Origin: an uncultured Verrucomicrobiaceae bacterium
GTDB lineage: Bacteria > Verrucomicrobiota > Verrucomicrobiia > Methylacidiphilales > CAYYVW01
Direction: 5' to 3'
Assembly: GCA_964473925.1 (NCBI GenBank)
Contig: CAYYVW010000002.1
Span: 54,206 to 118,205, forward strand
DNA length: 64,000 nucleotides
The translations under genes and the position numbers were made by a program. The notes beneath the pieces are model-generated. The model saw only the letters and a program-made list of their open reading frames with translations. It was not told where the DNA came from and searched no databases. Positions 7,478 to 16,958 of this stretch are shown here, one piece after another. Each line of letters starts with the position of its first letter. The first letter of the stretch is position 1.

Positions 7478-8095
7478 ATGCGCGCTTTTTCTTTTGCCGG
7501 ATGGAAACGCGCGGCGCTTGTCGTCGCGCTAGTAGCCGTCGCCGGAATTTTCACCGGCTGCAGCACGATCAACATCGAAGAGCTCGATCGCTCCGAGGCC
7601 AAGCTCTCGCCCAATCCGGACCGGATTTACGTCGCGCCGTTTGATACGTCGCACGGCCAGTGGCTCGTCGGCCGGCAAGGCGCCGAGCTGGAGAACTTCA
7701 AGCGCGAATACCAGACGCACTTCTCGCGCATCATGGAAGAGCGCCTGATGAAGGTGGCGCCGACCGAGCTACGCTGGACCGACCTGCCCAAGAGCGGGTG
7801 GCTCGTCGCGGGCGAATTCGTCAAGGTGTACCAGGGCAGCCGCGCGTTGCGTTACACGGTGGGCATGGGCGTGGGCTCCACGCGGCTGCAGACGATTGTG
7901 TATGTGTACGACCTGTCCAAGTCGCGGGATAAATATGTCCTGTGCTTCCGCACGGGCGTTCCCGAGAACGCCCAAGGCAAAGGGGCCGGCAGCGGACAAG
8001 AGCCGCCACGTGTGTCCGCCCTCGTCTCAGGCCTGACGTGGGACGCCATCCGCACCGCCCGCCGCGTGCGGGATGTGCTGATGGAGCATCGGTAG
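7478..8095 (+). CDS. Lipoprotein (DUF4410-like, tentative)
   Basis: Start trimmed to the ATG at 7478: MRAFSFAGWKRAALVVALVAVAGIFTGC, with lipobox FTGC. The upstream part of the track ORF overlaps the divergent gene. Confidence 0.7.
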   Translation: MRAFSFAGWKRAALVVALVAVAGIFTGCSTINIEELDRSEAKLSPNPDRIYVAPFDTSHGQWLVGRQGAELENFKREYQTHFSRIMEERLMKVAPTELRWTDLPKSGWLVAGEFVKVYQGSRALRYTVGMGVGSTRLQTIVYVYDLSKSRDKYVLCFRTGVPENAQGKGAGSGQEPPRVSALVSGLTWDAIRTARRVRDVLMEHR

Positions 8096-8132
8096 AAGCA
8101 CGCGAAACTCTGTTGCGCTCGATCTCGGCAGC

Positions 8133-9038
8133 TTAAACCGCCCGCATATTGAGCAGCAGCGCCTGCTGCCCTTGCCACGGAATCAGGTGGCCCCAGACAG
8201 AAAAATTGCGGCGGCCGGCGAGCTTGGAGCGGATCGTCTTTTGCTGGCCGATCATCTCGTGGAGCGGCGGCATCTCTTTTTCGACGAAAAGATCGGCCGT
8301 GGTAACAATGCCGTTGCCTAGGTCGGCCATCCCGAGCGCCGTTTGCGCCGCGATGTTGGAAGAGATGACCGCGCCTTCGAAGTTGACGACAAAGTTCAGG
8401 TCGCTGGGGTGCTCAAAAATCGCATGGAAGCCGCTTTGCGCTGTTTGAACCTGATCGGAAAGCCAGGCCTGTTGATGAAGAAGGAGAATTTGATTGTGCG
8501 CGACGGCCAGTCGCACGAGGAGCGCTTGAATTTCAAACGGCTTGGCAAGGTAGTCGTTGGCGCCGGCCTTGAGGATTTCCGTCAGGTCGCGCATGCCGCT
8601 GCGGGCCGTGATCGCGAGAATAAATGGAAGGTCGCCGCCGGGTTGCTGCCGAAGCCACCGGCAGACCGAAAGCCCGTCTTGGTCGGGCAAATTGATATCG
8701 AGCGTAATCAGATCGTACAGGCCGGGCTGATACGCCTTCTTGGCCTCCGTCGCCGTCATGGCTGTTTTGACCGCCCACTGGGTATCGCGCAGCGCGTCGG
8801 CAAAAAGCTCGTTGGCCTGCGGCTCATCCTCAACCACCAGCGCGCGCAGCGTCTTGGCTGGAGTCGGGGCAAGCTGGTCGGCGGCCATAAAGCTAGGGTA
8901 TTCCACCGCCCCGGGCTCCCAGGCTTGCATATCGGCTTCACCATCCCGGGGAGCATCCATGCGGGAGGTGCTCGTCGGGGGTTTGGCTTTTTTAGGGGGC
9001 ATGGGGTACGACTGCGATGGGTTGGATGGCAGGCTCAT
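8133..9038 (-). CDS. Response regulator: receiver domain plus C-terminal PAS-like domain, no DNA-binding domain
   Basis: LRALVVEDEP...YDLITLDINLPDQDG...DYLAKPF is a REC domain. The C-terminal ~110 aa (FHAIFEHPSDLNFVVNFEGAVISSN...) look PAS-like. Confidence 0.8.
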   Translation of the reverse strand: MSLPSNPSQSYPMPPKKAKPPTSTSRMDAPRDGEADMQAWEPGAVEYPSFMAADQLAPTPAKTLRALVVEDEPQANELFADALRDTQWAVKTAMTATEAKKAYQPGLYDLITLDINLPDQDGLSVCRWLRQQPGGDLPFILAITARSGMRDLTEILKAGANDYLAKPFEIQALLVRLAVAHNQILLLHQQAWLSDQVQTAQSGFHAIFEHPSDLNFVVNFEGAVISSNIAAQTALGMADLGNGIVTTADLFVEKEMPPLHEMIGQQKTIRSKLAGRRNFSVWGHLIPWQGQQALLLNMRAV

Positions 9039-9105
9039 ACTACCGCACTATCGGCAGAAAGTCCTGCAAATTTAGAAAAAAGAGAGAAAACAACAAAAAG
9101 CGTTC

Positions 9106-9266
9106 GTCATCCCGAGCTTGTCGAGGGACCTAGCGCCAAGGCATCTTGGATGTGAAGAAAATGAAAAGGGCTTAAAGAGACGCTCTTCTCTTTATCGAAG
9201 CAGTAAGAAATAAGCGCAACAACCTTGGCTCGTTGCAACCAGGTCCCTCGACAAGCTCGGGATGAC
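9106..9266. repeat. MITE-like hairpin element bounded by a perfect 25-bp inverted repeat
   Basis: gtcatcccgagcttgtcgagggacc at 9106-9130 is the exact reverse complement of 9242-9266. Additional pairing (gccaagg / ccttggc) and an inner hairpin (aaagaga..tctcttt) are present. It lies between fba and the response-regulator gene. Confidence 0.85.
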
Positions 9267-9294
9267 GCGGATGTGTAACGAAGTAAGAAGCGCG

Positions 9295-10272
9295 CTACCC
9301 CGGCTGCCCGCCGTTTTTCATCCCTTTGAGGGCTGCGCGCAGCGGGTCGAGCTGGTTGGCCGAGCCAAGCTTCGTGTTTTTGTGCGCGATGAACTTGGCG
9401 TATTCCTCCATGAAGACCTTGCCGGGTGCGCGGAAGTCAAACTCCTGCGGCTTATCGCGGAAGTACTCCCGGTGGACGCGCGTCCAGACCAGGCGTCCGT
9501 CGGTATCAATATTCACCTTGGTCACGCCGAGCCGGGCCGCGGGCAGGTACTCTTCCTCGTCCACGCCGCGCGCGCTCGGGTCGAGCTTGCCGCCCGCTTC
9601 GTTGATCCGCCGGACTTCTTCAACCGGGACGCTCGAGCTGCCGTGCATGACGATCGGCAGACCGGGGATTTTTTGGCTGATCGCCTCGATCACATCAAAG
9701 CGCAGGCTCTGCTTGCCCTTAAATTTGTACGCGCCGTGGCTGGTGCCGATCGCCGCGGCTAGGCAGTCGCAACCGGTTTGTTTGACGAATTCCACCGCTT
9801 CGTCGGGATTGGTCAGACACGCGTTGCCTTCGTCGACTTTGATATCCTCCTCCACGCCGCCGAGCATGCCTAGCTCGGCCTCAACGCTGATGCCTTTCGC
9901 ATGCGCGCGGTCGACGACGCGTTTGGTGATGGCGACGTTCTCCTCGAACGGATCGTGCGACGCGTCGATCATCACCGAGCTGTAGAAGCCCGAGTCGATG
10001 CAGTCGTAGCACGTCTGCTCGTCGCCGTGGTCGAGGTGAACGGCGAAAATGCACTCGGGGAAAATTCCGGCCGCCGCGCGGATCATCGCCTCGAGCAATG
10101 ACTTGTCCGTGTATTTGCGTGCCCCCTTGGAAATTTGGATGATGAACGGCGCCTTCGACCGCGCGCAGCCGCTGAACAGCCCCATGATCTGCTCGGCGTT
10201 ATTAATGTTGTACGCGCCGACGGCGAACTTTTTGTAAGCGACTTGGTAGAGAGCGGCAGTGGTAACGATCAT
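9295..10272 (-). CDS. fba: Fructose-bisphosphate aldolase, class II
   Basis: ...FAVGAYNINNAEQIMG...PFIIQISKGARKY...FAVHLDHGD...MIDASH...GTSHGAYKF...VMHGSS. Start trimmed to the ATG at 10272. Confidence 0.9.
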   Translation of the reverse strand: MIVTTAALYQVAYKKFAVGAYNINNAEQIMGLFSGCARSKAPFIIQISKGARKYTDKSLLEAMIRAAAGIFPECIFAVHLDHGDEQTCYDCIDSGFYSSVMIDASHDPFEENVAITKRVVDRAHAKGISVEAELGMLGGVEEDIKVDEGNACLTNPDEAVEFVKQTGCDCLAAAIGTSHGAYKFKGKQSLRFDVIEAISQKIPGLPIVMHGSSSVPVEEVRRINEAGGKLDPSARGVDEEEYLPAARLGVTKVNIDTDGRLVWTRVHREYFRDKPQEFDFRAPGKVFMEEYAKFIAHKNTKLGSANQLDPLRAALKGMKNGGQPG

Positions 10273-10392
10273 AATAAGAGCGGGCGCGGGCCCCGAGCTA
10301 AGTAAGACCGCGCCCTGCGTTGCGTCGAGAGGAAAACGAGGCAGCAAGTCCACGGGTTGACGCTGCGCTGCTACTGCGGTACTGAGCAGGCA

Positions 10393-10899
10393 ATGAACCG
10401 ACTTGGCCCTCTTCCCCGCCTGGCCTACGCGCTTGTTTTAGCGGGCGCTGTTGCAGGATGTCCTAAGCCCCCCGCGCCGGAGGGACCAAGCGTTCGGGAT
10501 CAGCTCACGCTGTTATGTCCCGAGTCCGGCGAAGGAGCGCCCGGGGTGATCGTGTCCATGCCCCACCCGGCACGCGGCAAAGTGGTCATCGTCACCGATT
10601 GTGGAAGCGTGCGCCAAGTCCTGGCGGCAACAGAGCCGGCTCCCCAGCCTAGCGGCAGCGGCCGCGAAGTTAATGTTTCAGCGCGGTCCCGCAGGGGTGT
10701 TGCCACGGCGCCCGGCAGCAGGGTTTTTTTAGCTGCCGGCAATCTGTCCCACGAGCCCATTAGCACAAGTGCCGAAGTGGCGCGGGAGAGCCTGGGCGTC
10801 TTGGTTGAGTCCGTCGAGGGCGGAACTTCACCGCAGCTTACGGCCCGGCGGGTCGAGGGCGCTGCCCGCGAATTGATGCGCGGCCCCGCAGGGTTTTAG
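10393..10899 (+). CDS. Hypothetical lipoprotein
   Basis: MNRLGPLPRLAYALVLAGAVAGC has a signal sequence and lipobox. No recognised domain. Confidence 0.5.
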   Translation: MNRLGPLPRLAYALVLAGAVAGCPKPPAPEGPSVRDQLTLLCPESGEGAPGVIVSMPHPARGKVVIVTDCGSVRQVLAATEPAPQPSGSGREVNVSARSRRGVATAPGSRVFLAAGNLSHEPISTSAEVARESLGVLVESVEGGTSPQLTARRVEGAARELMRGPAGF

Positions 10900-10991
10900 C
10901 GAGCGCCTACCCCCTTGCTCCTCGGCCCACTTTAAAAAAGGGATGGCGCGCGGACGCGCGGGCGGCTAGAACTTGAGGCCCGCTCTCTTTT

Positions 10992-11474
10992 ATGACCTCC
11001 GCCGATTCCCTTCCTGCGCTTCCGCCGCAACAGCTGGTAAAGACCCTACTCGATCATTTGGGTTACGATGCTGAAGTGGATGCCGCCGACCGCGGCGGAC
11101 ACGCAGTGCTCAACGTCCGCATCGCCGACTCCCGCCGCCTCATCGGGCGCGAAGGCCGGGCGCTCGAAGATTTGCAGTACCTCGTCAACCGGATGCTTGG
11201 CGGCCGGGAAGAGTCCACTGCGCGTGTCATCGTGGATATCGAAGGCTACCGCAACCGGCAGGAGACCGATTTGGTCGCGCAGGCCAAACAGCGCGCCGAC
11301 ACCGTCCGGCAGACAGGCCGCCCGCAGCCGCTCGAACCAATGAACGCATACGATCGGTGGCTCATTCACCAAGCATTCGCGGAAGATCCGGAAGTCTCCA
11401 CCCGCAGCGAAGAAACCGGCGGAAAATACAAACGCGTGATCCTCGAGCTGCGCGACAGTTCCGCAGCAGCTTAA
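10992..11474 (+). CDS. KH/R3H-domain RNA-binding protein (Jag/KhpB-like)
   Basis: ...[22 protein letters not shown] (KH-like) and ...[35 protein letters not shown] (R3H). Confidence 0.8.
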   Translation: MTSADSLPALPPQQLVKTLLDHLGYDAEVDAADRGGHAVLNVRIADSRRLIGREGRALEDLQYLVNRMLGGREESTARVIVDIEGYRNRQETDLVAQAKQRADTVRQTGRPQPLEPMNAYDRWLIHQAFAEDPEVSTRSEETGGKYKRVILELRDSSAAA

Positions 11475-11487
11475 GCGGCTCTCTTTT

Positions 11488-12549
11488 ATGCGCCGCGCGC
11501 TCGTTACCGGCATTACGGGCCAAGATGGCTCGTACCTGGCCGAGCTGCTCCTAGGCAAAGGGTACGAGGTGCACGGCCTGATGCGCCGCGCGAGCACATT
11601 CAACACACAACGGATCGATCACCTCTACCGCGATCCGCACGAGAAGGGCGCGCGGCTTTTCCTCCATTACGCCGACCTGGCCGACGGCGCGTGCCTGGCG
11701 CGACTGCTGCACGAGCTCCAGCCCGATGAAGTTTACAACCTCGGCGCGCAGAGCCACGTCCGCGCGAGCTTCGATATCCCGGAGTATACCGGCAGCATCA
11801 CTGGCCTGGGCGCGCTGCGATTGCTTGAGGCGGCCCGGCACGCCGTCCCCACGGCGCGCATTTATCAGGCGTCCAGCAGCGAAATGTTTGGCAAAGCGCA
11901 CGCCGTGCCGCAGGACGAACAGACGCCCTTCCACCCGCGCAGTCCGTACGGCGTCGCGAAGGTGTATGCTTTTTGGGCAGGCGTCAATTACCGGGAGAGC
12001 TACCGCATGCACATCTCCAACGGCATTCTCTTTAATCACGAATCCCCCCGCCGCGGCGAAACATTTGTGACGCGCAAAATCACCCGGGCGCTTGCGCGCA
12101 TCAAGGCCGGACTGCAAGAGACGCTTTACCTGGGCAACCTGGACGCAAAGCGCGACTGGGGTTATGCACCTGAGTATGTCGAGGCGATGTGGCGCATGCT
12201 CCAGCAGGAAGAGCCCGATGACTACGTCGTCGCCACCGGAGAGACGCATACCGTGCGGGAATTTTTGGATGAAGCGTTCACCTGCGCCGGTCTCGAGTGG
12301 AAGAAATACGTCAAGATCGACCCGCGCTATAACCGCCCGGCCGAAGTGGATCTGCTCGTGGGCAACGCGGCCAAGGCCAAGCGCGCCCTGGGCTGGCAGC
12401 CGCGCGTGCAGTTCAAAGATCTGGTCCGCCTAATGGTCGATGCCGACATTGCGCTCTTGGAAAAAGAACGCCAGGGCCTCCCCTGCGGCGTCGCCGATGT
12501 ACCCGAAGATCTCGAAGCGATCTTGCGCGGCGAGAAGGCAGCGGTTTAG
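11488..12549 (+). CDS. gmd: GDP-mannose 4,6-dehydratase
   Basis: [27 protein letters not shown]...[15 protein letters not shown]...SSSEMFG...[12 protein letters not shown]...[17 protein letters not shown]. Confidence 0.95.
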   Translation: MRRALVTGITGQDGSYLAELLLGKGYEVHGLMRRASTFNTQRIDHLYRDPHEKGARLFLHYADLADGACLARLLHELQPDEVYNLGAQSHVRASFDIPEYTGSITGLGALRLLEAARHAVPTARIYQASSSEMFGKAHAVPQDEQTPFHPRSPYGVAKVYAFWAGVNYRESYRMHISNGILFNHESPRRGETFVTRKITRALARIKAGLQETLYLGNLDAKRDWGYAPEYVEAMWRMLQQEEPDDYVVATGETHTVREFLDEAFTCAGLEWKKYVKIDPRYNRPAEVDLLVGNAAKAKRALGWQPRVQFKDLVRLMVDADIALLEKERQGLPCGVADVPEDLEAILRGEKAAV

Positions 12550-12562
12550 GGCTCGGCGCCAG

Positions 12563-13216
12563 CTATCGAACTTCCTGCACCGGCGTCGCCCGGGTCACGC
12601 CGTCGCTTCTTGCTTCAACCGCCGCCGCGTCCGGCAATACTGAATCGCGCGCCGCAGGAGCCATCGGCACGCTCGTCGGTCCGACCCAGACGGCCCGCGG
12701 CACCAGACGTTTCTCTGGCAGTTCCATTTCCAAGTCTGTAATCCCCAGCTCCTTGATCCGCTGCCGCGCGGAGCCCTCCGCTAAATGCACCCATGTAGGC
12801 TTGGCTGTGCCCCCGGGCGCATGACGATATACAACTTCTCCAGCATCGAGCGTTTGGAATTCAAAAGCATGTTCACCGTCGTCGGCTCTCACCTTCACGG
12901 AGCACAAGGAATGCGGCAAGCCAAGAGCACGGCGGCGATAGACGATAAGATAGTCCGCGTCGGGTTCCATTCCTGCGCCGTTTGGTTTGAAGCCCCCCTT
13001 AAAAACCAGGCGAGGCGCTTCGTCTCCGGCGTCTAACACGACCGCAAGGGGATCGCCGTTATGCGTTCCGATAAAATCAATGCCCCAAGCCTTGCGCGCA
13101 TGGAACGTCGCCCCTACTCCGATTTGTCCGGCCCATGAACGTTGCGTCAAATCTCTCACCCCTTCCCGCGCAAGCTGCTGACGCGTGTTCCTAGCTGCCC
13201 CATCTAAAGACATCAT
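12563..13216 (-). CDS. Hypothetical protein inserted antisense between gmd and fcl
   Basis: 217-aa ORF with native-looking codon usage. It fills the gap between the two GDP-fucose genes. No motif recognised. Confidence 0.5.
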   Translation of the reverse strand: MMSLDGAARNTRQQLAREGVRDLTQRSWAGQIGVGATFHARKAWGIDFIGTHNGDPLAVVLDAGDEAPRLVFKGGFKPNGAGMEPDADYLIVYRRRALGLPHSLCSVKVRADDGEHAFEFQTLDAGEVVYRHAPGGTAKPTWVHLAEGSARQRIKELGITDLEMELPEKRLVPRAVWVGPTSVPMAPAARDSVLPDAAAVEARSDGVTRATPVQEVR

Positions 13217-13377
13217 GTATCCTGATGTACCCCGATGTGCTCCTTTTGCTAGGCTAATCTTGCATCAATGCCCTGCCTGCGGAATTAGCTCAAGCCGCAT
13301 TCCCAAGCTTGCCCGAGCGGCTGGGGCACCGCATGCTCCGACCGGCGCGTACTCTTCTCTGAATGCGCGCCCTTGGT

Positions 13378-14307
13378 ATGACTCCCCAGACCAAAATCTA
13401 CGTCGCAGGCCACCGCGGAATGGTCGGCTCGGCGCTGGTCCGGGCGCTCGAGGCACGCGGGCACAAAAACCTGGTGCTGCGGACGCGGCAGGAGCTCGAT
13501 CTGCGCGACGCGAAAGCCACGCAGGAGTTTTTTCAGCACGAAAAGCCTGAAGTCGTCCTGCTGGCCGCCGCGCGCGTGGGCGGGATCCTGGCCAACTGGC
13601 GCGAACCGGTGGAGTTTTTGCTGCAGAACCTGCAGATCCAAAACAACGCGATCGCCGCCGCGTTCGACGCGGGCGTGCAGCGGCTCCTCTTCCTGGGCAG
13701 TTCGTGCATCTACCCCAAGCACGCGCCGCAGCCGATCCCCGAGTCGGCGCTGCTCTCGGGCGCGCTCGAGCCGACCAATGAGCCGTACGCGCTGGCCAAA
13801 ATCGCGGGCATCCGCCTCTGCCAGGCGTACCGGCGCCAATATGGCGCTCGGTTTATTTCGGCGATGCCGTGCAACTTGTACGGGCCGCAGGATAATTTTG
13901 ATCTGGAGACCGCGCACGTGCTGCCGGCGCTGCTGCGCAAATTCCACGAAGCAAAGGAACGCGGTGAGAATCGCGTGGCGCTCTGGGGAACAGGCACGCC
14001 GCGCCGGGAATTCCTCCACGTCGACGACCTGGCCGACGCATGCCTATTCCTGCTCGAGAAATACGACGCGGACGAGCCAATCAACGTCGGCGCGGGGGAC
14101 GACCTCACCGTCGCCGAGCTCGCCGCACAGATTGCTCAGATCACCGGATTTTCCGGCGCGATCGAGTGGGACACCTCCAAGCCCGACGGTACGCCGCGCA
14201 AGTTGCTGGATATTTCCCGCATCCAAAAACTCGGCTGGTCGCCGAAGATCCCGCTGCCGGGCGGGATCGAGCGCACCTACGCGTGGTGGAAAGCTAGCGG
14301 GCGGTAA
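13378..14307 (+). CDS. fcl: GDP-L-fucose synthase (GDP-4-keto-6-deoxymannose epimerase/reductase)
   Basis: KIYVAGHRGMVGSALVR...LLAAARVGGI...LFLGSSCIYPK...EPYALAKIAG...NLYGP. An alternative start 5 codons upstream at 13363 is possible. Confidence 0.9.
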   Translation: MTPQTKIYVAGHRGMVGSALVRALEARGHKNLVLRTRQELDLRDAKATQEFFQHEKPEVVLLAAARVGGILANWREPVEFLLQNLQIQNNAIAAAFDAGVQRLLFLGSSCIYPKHAPQPIPESALLSGALEPTNEPYALAKIAGIRLCQAYRRQYGARFISAMPCNLYGPQDNFDLETAHVLPALLRKFHEAKERGENRVALWGTGTPRREFLHVDDLADACLFLLEKYDADEPINVGAGDDLTVAELAAQIAQITGFSGAIEWDTSKPDGTPRKLLDISRIQKLGWSPKIPLPGGIERTYAWWKASGR

Positions 14308-14322
14308 GCCGCCGCGTTTTTT
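14297..14322 (+). terminator. Intrinsic terminator-like hairpin plus T6 after fcl
   Basis: gcgggcgg-taag-ccgccgc (5 bp, a bulge, then 2 bp of G/C stem, with the stop codon in the loop), followed by tttttt at 14317-14322. It sits between convergent genes. Confidence 0.5.
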
Positions 14323-15258
14323 CTATTCCGGCGCTTGCCCGCGCTTGCCCGCGTTCGGTTCCTGACCGCCGGCCGGTGCCGTTGGCTCGCCTGCCGCTGC
14401 ATCGACCGCTGCAGTTGCTTCACGTCCCGCGGGCACAACGCCTGCTCCGCCATTTGAATTGAGCGGGATGGGCCTGCGCCATTCTGCGGGAAGCGCGCCT
14501 GCGCTTTCCTGAAACCGTTCTATGGGGAGGGCTTGATCGAAGGGAAAAGAGGATGGTGGGCCGTCCAATTTGCACCGGCGCCCAGAGGCCAGCTCGGGCC
14601 CGCCCGTGGTTGCGTAGCCATCATCAACGTCCACCGCCGCGGTTGCATAGACCGGATGGGGTCCGAAGGGCCCGCTTGGTGTCGTCGTGCGCGCAAGATC
14701 AAAGCGCAGCTCCTCGAGCCGGGCGGTTTGCCCGTCTGCATCGATATCAAAAGTGGCGCTGCTCAAATAAAAACCCGGATCGGCAGAGGCCGCTTCAGCG
14801 CCTGCGGCCATCGCTGGCTCTTCTTCGCTCGCCGGCGGCACAGCAACTTCATCCGGCGCGTTGAGCCATCCTGCCGCGTCGTCTTGGCTGAAGCGGCTGC
14901 GTGCTTCGGCCAGCCGCGCGCGAAGAACGGGGTTCTCCTCCAAGCGGGGATCGTGTTGGTAAAGAAGACGGACCTGCGAAGGGCTGGTAGTGCTCGCGCG
15001 CATTCGATAGCCGATGCCCACGAGAATCGGCCCATCTATAATAGCCGTGGGGGCGTCGTCTTGTGTTGCCGCTTGAGCGGCCGCGATCGCGCGGGCGTTG
15101 AGCACCTTAAAGTCTTGGCCCTTCCCATGAGGCGCGGCACAGTCGATTGAGTGATAAGCGCCGTCCGCGACCGCATCCACAACAGCCCCCGCACCGAGCC
15201 GCCGGGCCCAAGCTTCAACTGTTTCTGGAAGAGTAAAAAATGCGCTGGAGGTCGCCAT
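14323..15258 (-). CDS. Hypothetical Ala/Pro/Asp-rich protein
   Basis: Start trimmed to the ATG at 15258 (MATSSAFFTLPETVEAW...). The upstream 177 codons of the track ORF run antisense through the PHP gene and look like an artefact. Confidence 0.5.
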   Translation of the reverse strand: MATSSAFFTLPETVEAWARRLGAGAVVDAVADGAYHSIDCAAPHGKGQDFKVLNARAIAAAQAATQDDAPTAIIDGPILVGIGYRMRASTTSPSQVRLLYQHDPRLEENPVLRARLAEARSRFSQDDAAGWLNAPDEVAVPPASEEEPAMAAGAEAASADPGFYLSSATFDIDADGQTARLEELRFDLARTTTPSGPFGPHPVYATAAVDVDDGYATTGGPELASGRRCKLDGPPSSFPFDQALPIERFQESAGALPAEWRRPIPLNSNGGAGVVPAGREATAAVDAAAGEPTAPAGGQEPNAGKRGQAPE

Positions 15259-15444
15259 ACCTCGGAGCAATGCCGCACAGCAGCGCTGGCGTCTAGTTAA
15301 TTTTGAGCGGATAAATATTCGGGCGTTCCAATGCGACGGCGCGTCCTTACGATCCCCGCTTGCGCGCGGCGGCGGGGTTCGGGCACAATCCCCCTCCCGC
15401 CGCCCCAACTTCCTTCGAGAAGCGCGGCGAATTGGAATATCGTC

Positions 15445-16149
15445 ATGCGCCTCAGCCTCGACCTGCACTGTCACTCGCATTTTTCTGCGGACGGCGTCGC
15501 CGAGCCAGAGGAGATGGTCGCGCGCGCACGCGTGCTCGGCCTGCACGGCTTTGCGATCACCGATCACAACACCAGCGCCTGCTACGACTATTTTATCGAG
15601 AAAGGCTTCGCGCGCTCGGATGGTCACGCAGTCGACGGCCTGCTCATCATCCCCGGGCAAGAAATCACCACCGCCGCAGGGCACCTGCTCGCGATCGGCG
15701 TTTCGCTGCCGGATAATTTGAAGGGAATCGATCCGGCCAAAGCGGTCGCGCTCATCCACGAAAAGGGCGGCCTGGCAATTCCGCCGCACCCGTTTGATTA
15801 TTTCCGCGCGGGGATTCGCGAAGCCATTTTAGATGTTCTGCCCGTTGATGCGATTGAAGTGTTCAACGCCGCAACCACGCTCCGCCGCTGCAACCGGCAA
15901 GCGCTCGCGTACGCGCACCGGCGCGGGCTCCCGATGACGGCCGCGAGCGACGCGCATCACGCGGACGCGCTCGGCGTCGCCTACACGATGATCGATGTAG
16001 AAGAATTTTCCGTCGCCGGCGTCTTGCGCGGCATCACCGGCGGCACGTCGCTGCAGCAGCGCTACCTCAGCCCGCTCGCCGCGATCAAAAAAACGTGGAG
16101 CAACTGGATGCGCTTGCGGCGCCGTACGATCCCCGGCTCGGCGGCGTAG
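15445..16149 (+). CDS. PHP-domain metal-dependent phosphoesterase
   Basis: MRLSLDLHCHSHFSADG...GFAITDHNT...IPGQEI...IPPHPFD...ASDAHH is the classical PHP His/Asp pattern. Start trimmed to the ATG at 15445. Confidence 0.8.
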   Translation: MRLSLDLHCHSHFSADGVAEPEEMVARARVLGLHGFAITDHNTSACYDYFIEKGFARSDGHAVDGLLIIPGQEITTAAGHLLAIGVSLPDNLKGIDPAKAVALIHEKGGLAIPPHPFDYFRAGIREAILDVLPVDAIEVFNAATTLRRCNRQALAYAHRRGLPMTAASDAHHADALGVAYTMIDVEEFSVAGVLRGITGGTSLQQRYLSPLAAIKKTWSNWMRLRRRTIPGSAA

Positions 16150-16180
16150 CTCGCGGGAATTTCTCCTCGAATATTCTGCG

Positions 16181-16831
16181 CTACCGGGGCATTAAAACGT
16201 TGGCCAACTTATAACAATCGGCGAGCGGGCCGGGGGGCGCCTCCCCAAACACCCCCGCTTCTATGAGAGAGTAGGTTAAAGCCGCGGTCTTATCGTTCCC
16301 GCGGCTAAGCAGCAAGTTGGCAAAAAGTTTTCTACCGGCCCAGTCAGCCCGCCGCGCGGGGGAAACGCTTTTGGTTTTTCGCGTGCTCGGAGCAAAGCTT
16401 CGGACGGGATCCAAAATGCCGAATTGCTCGGGCGTAGCGCACATTGGCGTGATATTAATGCGCGAATAACTCTCCTCTCCCAATGGAACCGGACCTTCCA
16501 TCACCTTTGCGGCGCACTCCAACGCAAAATCAGCCAGTGGTTTTGGAACAATCAATTCCTTCGGCTCCAGCCCATGTTCCGGATCGGTGGAATATCCGCC
16601 ATCGAAAAGTGATACATGCACCGCTTCGGTGCAGGCCGCGGTCGGTGTGGCGGTTGGCGTCACGCTGGGGCCAGCCGTTTCTTGTGCCCCGAGATTTCTC
16701 GGCAACACCACCGCGCCCACAACCAAAAGCGCCGCGGCCCAGAGGTGCGGCAAGCGGCGAGCGAGCGGATTCCGCCCGCCTCTCTCAGAGGCACTGGTTC
16801 GAACATCTGCAGCAAGAGCGTCGCGTCGCAT
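16181..16831 (-). CDS. Hypothetical secreted protein
   Basis: The N-terminal hydrophobic segment LWAAALLVVGAVVL is followed by a Thr/Pro linker. No motif recognised. Start set at the ATG at 16831. Confidence 0.5.
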   Translation of the reverse strand: MRRDALAADVRTSASERGGRNPLARRLPHLWAAALLVVGAVVLPRNLGAQETAGPSVTPTATPTAACTEAVHVSLFDGGYSTDPEHGLEPKELIVPKPLADFALECAAKVMEGPVPLGEESYSRINITPMCATPEQFGILDPVRSFAPSTRKTKSVSPARRADWAGRKLFANLLLSRGNDKTAALTYSLIEAGVFGEAPPGPLADCYKLANVLMPR

Positions 16832-16958
16832 AAGAAGCCTGTAGTGCCGCGCGCGCGTCCTGTTGTCAACCGCGGTTCGGAGCGGCCGCGCGCGCAAGGC
16901 TTCCCATACGGAGATAAATGCGCGAGAGTTGCGCCTGGGCCTCCTCGCTCTCTTTTAT

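Noticed and set aside
14323-15789. Full 488-aa version of the minus-strand ORF
   Set aside because: Its first 177 codons run antisense through the PHP gene and the shared promoter region. I kept only the part from the ATG at 15258.
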